From NCBI RefSeq assembly GCF_963676735.2, contig NZ_OY781464.1, positions 4,260,476 to 4,324,475 of the forward strand: a stretch of 64,000 nucleotides of DNA, read 5' to 3'. Shown piece by piece: positions 57,336 to 64,000 of this stretch; the stretch's first letter is position 1; every line of letters starts with the position of its first letter. Source of the DNA: an uncultured Draconibacterium sp. (GTDB taxonomy: Bacteria > Bacteroidota > Bacteroidia > Bacteroidales > Prolixibacteraceae). The notes under the pieces are model-generated. The model ran no database searches, was not told the DNA's origin, and saw only the letters and a program-made list of their open reading frames with translations. A program made the translations under genes and the position numbers.

Positions 57336-58271
57336 CTATTTCTGAGCCGTTGCTGAACGGCGGTTAAACAAATCAAAATCATAGCTAAACATGATTTCGT
57401 GTGTGCCGTTGCTAAAGGCATTTAGCTCTGTAATGGTTATGTCGTACGAATAGCCAATGGCCATTTTGGGTGTAGGTTTAAACTGGGTAATTATGCCGTA
57501 GGCAGCATCAAAGCGATACATGGCTCCCACCCAAAATTTATTTCTGAAGCCCCCCATAACTGTTAAATCAACTGAAACGGGAGCACCGGCAACATATTTA
57601 AGCATTCCGTTACCTTTTAGTTGAATGTCTTCGTTTAGTTCCAGTTTGTGCCCGGCAACAAAATAAATGTGCATTTGCTGGGTGTTAATATAGTCCGTGG
57701 TAACATCCTGGCGTGTAATTTTATTTTCTATCAGCCGGGGTACCGACAATCCAAAGTAGGTATCATCGGAAAACAGAAACATACCAATCCCCCCATTCGG
57801 GAGAAAGTTTTCGTAGATGTCGTTATCAAAAATAGGGTCAGGATCGATAGTAGCCAAATCAGTAAGGCTTGCCCTGTAAAAGCTTACTCCTCCTTTTAAG
57901 CCCAGACCGAGTTTAAAATCTTCGGTAACTCTAATAAAATACGAATAATCAGCATAAACACCGGTTTGACTTAGCGGGCCAATTTTATCGGACAGCACCG
58001 AAAATCCAAAACCAACATTTTTATCCTCAATAGAGGAATTGTAGGCAAAAGAGCGTGTAGATGGTGCCCCATCAAATGCCACCCACTGACTTCGTGCTAC
58101 CAGCAATGCATTCCCAACATCTTTTGAACCTGCAAAACCAGGGTTAATTACCAAAAGGTTATCCATATACTGCGTATACATCGGGTCCTGCTGGGCACTG
58201 GCATTACTACTTTGTAAAAGAATTACAAAAAGTAAATTTATATATGCTGCTATTTTTACAAATCTTCCCAT
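57336..58271 (-). CDS. PorP/SprF family T9SS outer-membrane protein
   Basis: AQQDPMYTQYMDNLLVINPGFAG, RSQWVAFDGAPST, GYSYD, GTHEIMFSY. Confidence 0.94.
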   Translation of the reverse strand: MGRFVKIAAYINLLFVILLQSSNASAQQDPMYTQYMDNLLVINPGFAGSKDVGNALLVARSQWVAFDGAPSTRSFAYNSSIEDKNVGFGFSVLSDKIGPLSQTGVYADYSYFIRVTEDFKLGLGLKGGVSFYRASLTDLATIDPDPIFDNDIYENFLPNGGIGMFLFSDDTYFGLSVPRLIENKITRQDVTTDYINTQQMHIYFVAGHKLELNEDIQLKGNGMLKYVAGAPVSVDLTVMGGFRNKFWVGAMYRFDAAYGIITQFKPTPKMAIGYSYDITITELNAFSNGTHEIMFSYDFDLFNRRSATAQK

Positions 58272-60275
58272 TTATCTGTCGATATATACCGAACCTGCTA
58301 TTGGTTGTTCGCCGTTTCCAAGGTCTAAAACATAAAAGTAAGTTCCGGTTGGTAAATCACTGTTTCCGCCTCCCTGGTTTGATTTTCCATCCCAAAACAC
58401 CGGAATGGTAGACAGGCCATAGTTCTGAGCTTCGTAAACTTTTTTGCCCCAACGATTAATAATAGTTATTGAATTGCCTTCAAACATTTCAATTCCCTGA
58501 ATCTCGAAAAAGTCGTTAATATTATCGCCATTAGGCGTAAATGCTTCGGGAATAAAAAAGTCGAGCGCCATCACATAAACGTAAACATGCGCATTGTCGC
58601 ATTTGGCAAAGTAGTTGCAAATCCTGTATTCAAACACATCACCGCCAAGAAAACCATCATCAGGCCGGTAAGTTACCGTTGCATCTTGATTAATGTTGGC
58701 TGTTCCGTTTACAGGATGTTGAACAATCTCTAAAGAAGCCGGATTGAGTTCACCTCCCTGCGGATCTTCATCGTTTGCCAGCACTGCAATGGTGATTGTT
58801 TTTTCGTAATTGGTTGTATCGTAAACATCGCGGGCTATTGGTGCAGAAATAAAACGGCTTACCACAACAGAGTCGATGGCCGCGCATCCATAAATATCGC
58901 TTACCTGCAAATAATAGGTTCCTGCCGAACTAATTTCGGGTGTAGCTGTATTCTGTCCGCCAACAAAAGTTCCGTTGCTGGTTGTCCAGTTGAATTCAAT
59001 TTGCTGACCACTGCTACCCATTCCGTTTAAAAGAGCAGTTGTTCCATCTTCAAGCATAAAGTCATCGCCGGCATCGGCACTAATCTCTGCTACCCCAATT
59101 TCAACCGTATCTTTACCCACAACCCCATCGGCATTGCTTACTGTTAATATAAACTCGGTGGTATTTCCCGGTGTAAATACGGGGTTTAGTTGTGTCGGAT
59201 CGTCAAGGTTTTCTATCGGGATCCACGAATAGATTAAACCGCTTGTGTCTGAAACTGTGGCCTGTAACTTAAACGGGCTACAACTTCCTGTCAAGGTATC
59301 TATTCCGGCTGAGAAAATAAGATCATATCCGGTTTTTAATATTCCTATTCTTTGCACTGCAGTATCGCTGGAACACCCGTTTCCATCTATGGCATATACT
59401 TGTAAAGTATAATCACCCGAGATACCATCCCAAACAATATCAGCCTCATTACTAAAATTACTTTCCAAATCTGCAGATGTTCCTTCCGGTGGATCAACCG
59501 ACCAGAAATACCTGGCTCCCTGCAAATTCCCGACAATCATGGCAACCTCATGTGTATAAACAGTATTACGCTCAAGTTTTAAATCACCCACATCAAAAGC
59601 CAGTTGTGGTTTTGGGTAGATGATTCGCGAATGTACATCCGGTGCGGATGTTGCAAGAGTGTTATTCTCATTATCAACTGCACCGGTTATTTCTACTTCA
59701 ACGGTATTGTTTAAGTCTGAATCAGCCGTAAACATTGCAGAAGAAATGGCTAAGGCCTGGTTGTCAAATTCAACTTGCTGCGCATACAAATTGCCATTAA
59801 CAAGAAAACTAACAGTTAAGGGATAGAAAAGCTCCTTAAGTGGCTCTCCATCAATATCACTGGCCACCAGCGAAAGGTTAAAATCATTTCCTGATGAATT
59901 AAAACAGTCGTTACTACTGGTTTCAAAAAAACGAATTGAACGGTTATTGGGAAGAATGGAAACGGCAAGTGCTTTCAGGTTTGTACACCCGGAGGCATCC
60001 GTTTCAACAACCGTTAAATAATACCTGCCAGCCTGAAGCCAATGCACTGTTATCTCATTTACATCGTTGGCGTCAGTAAAGTAACATTCTGTTGGGTCAG
60101 CAGGAATAGCGGGGTTGAGGCTTTTAAAAATCTCCCAATGGTATTCACTTCCGGGATGATTTACAACATGATGTGTTGTTTCGGCACCTTCGTATTCGAC
60201 AATATCCTGCTGGGCTGCCCCATTTAGGGCAGCCAGCAGGGTTAATATCATTATGAAAAATGCCTTAATTCTCAA
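58272..60275 (-). CDS. Exported multi-Ig/PKD-like protein with T9SS type-B (gliding motility-associated) CTD; putative anchor
   Basis: Signal peptide; cadherin/Big_9-like VLANDEDP...HPVNGT..TYRP; C-terminal FIPEAFTPNGDNINDFFEI...INRWG..VY...YFYVL. Confidence 0.9.
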   Translation of the reverse strand: MRIKAFFIMILTLLAALNGAAQQDIVEYEGAETTHHVVNHPGSEYHWEIFKSLNPAIPADPTECYFTDANDVNEITVHWLQAGRYYLTVVETDASGCTNLKALAVSILPNNRSIRFFETSSNDCFNSSGNDFNLSLVASDIDGEPLKELFYPLTVSFLVNGNLYAQQVEFDNQALAISSAMFTADSDLNNTVEVEITGAVDNENNTLATSAPDVHSRIIYPKPQLAFDVGDLKLERNTVYTHEVAMIVGNLQGARYFWSVDPPEGTSADLESNFSNEADIVWDGISGDYTLQVYAIDGNGCSSDTAVQRIGILKTGYDLIFSAGIDTLTGSCSPFKLQATVSDTSGLIYSWIPIENLDDPTQLNPVFTPGNTTEFILTVSNADGVVGKDTVEIGVAEISADAGDDFMLEDGTTALLNGMGSSGQQIEFNWTTSNGTFVGGQNTATPEISSAGTYYLQVSDIYGCAAIDSVVVSRFISAPIARDVYDTTNYEKTITIAVLANDEDPQGGELNPASLEIVQHPVNGTANINQDATVTYRPDDGFLGGDVFEYRICNYFAKCDNAHVYVYVMALDFFIPEAFTPNGDNINDFFEIQGIEMFEGNSITIINRWGKKVYEAQNYGLSTIPVFWDGKSNQGGGNSDLPTGTYFYVLDLGNGEQPIAGSVYIDR

Positions 60276-60304
60276 CTAAATAAGAATTTGGGTTAGAAAA
60301 TAGC

Positions 60305-60361
60305 GTGTCAACGATGACACACATTAAACATCTTACAAACCTGATAAAGATGATCTTTATC
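60305..60361 (-). other. Two intergenic stem-loops between the putative subunit and anchor genes
   Basis: GTGTCA-ACGA-TGACAC (60305-60320) and GATAAAGA-TGA-TCTTTATC (60343-60361). Confidence 0.6.
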
Positions 60362-60392
60362 CAGTCTGCATTACCAATTAGTTATGTGCTAA

Positions 60393-61208
60393 TTAGTTTG
60401 TACTAATTCCACTGGTATTTGGTCTGCCAACATCTGTTGCATCAACGTATGTACCATCTGCACCATTATCAGCAACACCGTTACTTGTTTCACCATTGGA
60501 AATTGTAGCTGTTCCGGTGTAGTCTTGTGCATCAACTGCAGAGCTGTTGTCATAAGTATTTGTGTTATCAACAACATAAGTAATTGTAACTGCAGCATTA
60601 TCTGTTACTGTAACGGTTCCGCCTGCGATAGAAGCATTGGCTGAAACTGAAACATTAGAAGCATCAAGACCAGTGAAAGCACCAAAATCTAAATCAATAT
60701 CAAAACTGTATCCTGTGTACGATGTACTGAAATCATAAGGAGTTACAGTAAATTCAATGGTTGCATTTCCGTGATCGTAATTTACAGTTGAAGGATCTGC
60801 CAGACTAACAACTACTGCACCATCGTAGCATTGCGTAGCGTTTGCTGCAATAATTTCCAGATAGAATGGACTTGCTGTAATTTGAACCGGAAGAACTTTT
60901 GTATTGGAACAGCCACCGCCATCTGTTTCGACTACTTGAACATAGTACCAGTCACCTACAGTTAATCCAGCGCCCCATGTAATGTCAGTAGTAGCCGAAG
61001 AAGCAGAAGCAACTGTAACACCAGCAGCTACGGTTGTAAGATCATCTTCCAGAACAGTCCAGGCTATTGTATTTGCTACATTTCCCGGTGTAATTGAATA
61101 CTCATGTGTTGCTCCGGGTGCCGGAGTTTCACCTGTACTTTGTGCAAAAACATTTGCACTAATTGCGGTTAAAAGAACCGCTGCGAAAAGAAAAATCAAC
61201 TTTTTCAT
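60393..61208 (-). CDS. Exported two-domain beta-rich hypothetical protein without recognisable T9SS CTD
   Basis: Start re-placed at ATG 61208 (MKKLIFLFAAVLLTAISANVFA signal peptide); PKD-like N-domain; ends GRPNTSGISTN. Confidence 0.85.
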   Translation of the reverse strand: MKKLIFLFAAVLLTAISANVFAQSTGETPAPGATHEYSITPGNVANTIAWTVLEDDLTTVAAGVTVASASSATTDITWGAGLTVGDWYYVQVVETDGGGCSNTKVLPVQITASPFYLEIIAANATQCYDGAVVVSLADPSTVNYDHGNATIEFTVTPYDFSTSYTGYSFDIDLDFGAFTGLDASNVSVSANASIAGGTVTVTDNAAVTITYVVDNTNTYDNSSAVDAQDYTGTATISNGETSNGVADNGADGTYVDATDVGRPNTSGISTN

Positions 61209-61259
61209 AATGATAAAATTTAAAGTATTAATAAATAAATTGTTGTTATTCAATATTTT

Positions 61260-64000
61260 CTAATTTGTGTTAATATCACTGGTATCTGGTACACCATCCA
61301 GGGTGACCGAATCGCTATTATTTGTTGTATTTATTTCATTTACGCCGCATGCATCACGCACATTAGTAATTGTTAATGTGTATGTTTTGCTTTGAGCTGT
61401 TTCGTTGTCGGCATCAAAGCTTACCTTTGTATTTCCGTTGGCACCAACATTGTTTCCACTTGCAACTACTGTAGCCCCTTCTGTTATTTCATAATCAAAA
61501 GTCCAGTCATCCGTACCCGAAAGTTTTGTAATGTTCCAGGTAACCGTGGTAGTTGAGCCGGTTTCGCCGCTTTGGCAACTATTACCGAGATCCTGGACTT
61601 CAACATCAATATCTTCTTCCGGAACAATTGTTACGTTTTGATTGCATGTTGCTGTATTTCCTGCTATGTCGGTTACCGTCCATGTTACTATTGTGGTTCC
61701 CAGCGGATAACTTGCGGGAGCGTTATTGTTAATTATGCCAACGCCGCAATTATCACTGCTTACCGGACTTCCAAGTGTTACGCCGGTTGCCACACATGAC
61801 CCTGCGTCAACACTTTCGTTAACATCTGCCGGACATGTAATCGTTGGATCTGTTACATCATCGATCACCACATTCTGGGTTTGTGTACTTGTATTTCCGT
61901 TGCCATCATCGTAAGTCCAGGTTACGACTGTGGTTCCCTGGGTAGTGATCGGTAAAGTAGTTGTAGTTGTTCCGGTAACTGTACCTGCACAATTATCTGT
62001 CGCAGTGGGTGCGGTTAAAGTGGTGACTTCGCACTCGGCTGTTATATCAGGCAAGGTTGCAATATCTGGTATCGGATCTTCTACATCTTCTACTGTAATT
62101 GTTATGGAGCCACAAGTTGGATCATCACATGAACTTCCTTCTCCTCTTGCGTAAAATGTTGTGGTAGTGGTAAGGTTATTTACCGTATAAGAATTTGTGG
62201 CTGTAGTACCATCTTGAGTTCCTCCACAACTACCGGTGTAAAAAACCCAATCGCTTGCATCATTTAAATCTCCTGAAATAGTAATGGTAACATCTGAGCC
62301 CGGACAAACAGTTGTTGAGGCAGCAGATAATACCGGAACATCAGCAGGAGTACATGGCGATGAAACATTAACAGCGTAGTCTTCCACTTCTCCCCACTGA
62401 AAGTCTCCGCAAGGTAAGGCACCTGTATCATCAGCATCACCCTGAAGCACAATTCTCATAGTAGTTAAACCTACACTGGCAGTTAAGGGTATGCTTATGG
62501 TTCCCGACATTGTACTATTCCCAGTGTAGCCACTTTCATACATCAATTCAGTACCTTCATCAAAGGTGCCATCCTGGTCAAGATCAATATAAACCTTGCA
62601 GTAACCTCCATATTCATCAGCTAAGAATTCATTTGCGACTGAAACAGCATAGTCCTGTCCAAGTATTACTTCCGCCGGAGTAACAGTACCTGTATAATCA
62701 GTATATCCTGATGTTTTTGAAACAGGAGAATTGTTGTTTATTCCTGCGAATGTTACGTTAGTAATTGACTCGTATAAATTAAATTCAGTTGAAGTAGCAG
62801 AACAGTAACACGAACTACTACCTGTTGTGAATGTCCAGGTACTTTCACCAGTGGCATCTCCACAAGCATTTTTAGGTACAACTTTCCAGTAATAAGTTGT
62901 GTTTGCTGCCAGGGTTCCGGTTGAATAACTGTTTGTGGCAACATTCGCTGTAACACTTCCAGGCAAACTACCTGCTCCAAAGTACACATCGTATGAAGTA
63001 GCATCTGCTACAACATCCCAAGAAACAGAACTAATAGCGCCATCACCTGCATAACACACATTTGTAGCTGCATTGGCCGGAGATGGATTTGCAGTTGTTG
63101 GCGGCACAGTGAGTATTGTAACATCTGCCTGGCCAGACATTAAGAGATCGCAATCCTCTGAAACATTGTGTCCGTTCACGGTGTAAGTACCTGCAACTGT
63201 TTGATTACCAAAACTTATTGCAGATCCTGTCCCTGAAACCACATCGCCGGTTGGTGAACCATCGAGGTATAATTCATAGTCAACTCCTGATTCTGAGTCA
63301 TCTAATCCTACAACAACGCCAGCTCCTCCCGAACAATAACTGCCTCCACCGGTAACATTTTGAACTGTTACATTACAAGCTGCGGTAATATTTAATGAAT
63401 AATCCTCTACCTCTCCATAATCGAAATCAAGACAAGGATTTGCACAAGAAGTCTCATTATAAATTAAACGTACTCTCAGCCTGGTAGAACCCAAAGCGGC
63501 ACCTGAAGGTACATTGAATGTATAGGTTTCTTGATTGTTCCCATTATTATCCAGGCCAAAATCGCAAACGATATTATCCCCTGCTTGAGTAAATTCTCCG
63601 TCCTGGTCCCAGTCTACCCAAACATGTATTCCATAGCTTGTATTGGAAAATACATCCACGGTTAAAGAAACTCCTGTTTCTCCCTGAACTAAATCAGTCG
63701 ATAAAACTGTAAAGTCGCCAAATCCACCTCCTGAAAAGCCTGTACCTGCAGAAGAATTATCAATACTACCTAACCTTACCCGATCAATATATCGTAAGTT
63801 ATTACTTACACTTGGCTCACAATAACTAACATCACCGGTAGCAAAACTCCAGATAGCACAACCATTTGCATTTCCATTTGCATTATAGGGTACAATCCGC
63901 CAGTAATAATCGGTAAGAAAATCAAGATCTGAAGATGGGGTATAAGAGGTTACGTTGCCTAAATCTGTACCATTTTCAATGTTGGTAGCTCCGGCATCTG
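61260..64000 (-). CDS. Large adhesin-like protein (at least 2 GEVED, FN3-like, Ig-like and HYR-like domains); 5' end outside the window
   Basis: Manual translation shows the frame stays open from 63659 to the window edge; GEVEDY twice, YYW(K/R)(V/I)VP FN3-like segments, ATDNC/SSDNC HYR-like repeats; ends GVPDTSDINTN. Confidence 0.9.
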   Translation of the reverse strand, partial: DAGATNIENGTDLGNVTSYTPSSDLDFLTDYYWRIVPYNANGNANGCAIWSFATGDVSYCEPSVSNNLRYIDRVRLGSIDNSSAGTGFSGGGFGDFTVLSTDLVQGETGVSLTVDVFSNTSYGIHVWVDWDQDGEFTQAGDNIVCDFGLDNNGNNQETYTFNVPSGAALGSTRLRVRLIYNETSCANPCLDFDYGEVEDYSLNITAACNVTVQNVTGGGSYCSGGAGVVVGLDDSESGVDYELYLDGSPTGDVVSGTGSAISFGNQTVAGTYTVNGHNVSEDCDLLMSGQADVTILTVPPTTANPSPANAATNVCYAGDGAISSVSWDVVADATSYDVYFGAGSLPGSVTANVATNSYSTGTLAANTTYYWKVVPKNACGDATGESTWTFTTGSSSCYCSATSTEFNLYESITNVTFAGINNNSPVSKTSGYTDYTGTVTPAEVILGQDYAVSVANEFLADEYGGYCKVYIDLDQDGTFDEGTELMYESGYTGNSTMSGTISIPLTASVGLTTMRIVLQGDADDTGALPCGDFQWGEVEDYAVNVSSPCTPADVPVLSAASTTVCPGSDVTITISGDLNDASDWVFYTGSCGGTQDGTTATNSYTVNNLTTTTTFYARGEGSSCDDPTCGSITITVEDVEDPIPDIATLPDITAECEVTTLTAPTATDNCAGTVTGTTTTTLPITTQGTTVVTWTYDDGNGNTSTQTQNVVIDDVTDPTITCPADVNESVDAGSCVATGVTLGSPVSSDNCGVGIINNNAPASYPLGTTIVTWTVTDIAGNTATCNQNVTIVPEEDIDVEVQDLGNSCQSGETGSTTTVTWNITKLSGTDDWTFDYEITEGATVVASGNNVGANGNTKVSFDADNETAQSKTYTLTITNVRDACGVNEINTTNNSDSVTLDGVPDTSDINTN

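Noticed and set aside
4940-63004. Numerous short ORFs antisense to or overlapping well-supported genes (e.g. 4940-5710, 5055-5738, 13882-14358, 41199-41654)
   Set aside because: Shadow ORFs of real genes with no independent motifs or signals.
63657-63659. GTG start given by the ORF track for the adhesin
   Set aside because: Artefact: the frame is open to 64000 with FN3/GEVED-like sequence, so the true start lies outside the window.
57336-64000. Impression of more A/T-ending codons in the T9SS locus (horizontal acquisition)
   Set aside because: Not quantified, and I saw no integrase, tRNA or direct-repeat boundary; it needs a codon-usage calculation.

Overview
This is a 64-kb chromosomal window from a Bacteroidota bacterium, probably Prolixibacteraceae/Marinilabiliales-like (inferred from gene content, TAnnTTTG promoter elements, SusC/D and T9SS genes). 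The left part is mostly housekeeping: ileS (3'-truncated by the window edge), sdhCAB with a four-helix-bundle gene inserted between sdhA and sdhB, a TamA/TamB-like pair and mfd. Accessory loci among these are an AraC-linked corrinoid methyl-transfer module (corrinoid protein, MtaA/UroD-family protein fused to a thioredoxin-like domain, CobW-type GTPase), two pairs of tandem paralogous exported proteins, and a BlaI/BlaR1(M56)-TonB pair with a visible operator array. 36.8-57.3 kb is a starch/maltodextrin PUL (esterase, 3 GH13, GH65, MFS, LacI, SusCDEF) that lacks the usual beta-phosphoglucomutase gene. The right end (57.3-64 kb, truncated) holds the most intriguing locus. It is a PorP/SprF gene plus a type-B-CTD anchor protein and two CTD-less exported proteins. 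These share homologous domains and a C-terminal P-x-T-S-x-I-x-T-N tail, which suggests a T9SS-anchored, fimbria-like polymer. The large intergenic gaps at 3.3-4.2 kb and 8.4-9.1 kb contain a ~21-bp-period TCCTGT array, two copies of a structured ~95-bp repeat and a candidate rod-shaped ncRNA. I saw no rRNA, tRNA, CRISPR array or transposase. All family assignments come from motif recognition by eye, not database searches.
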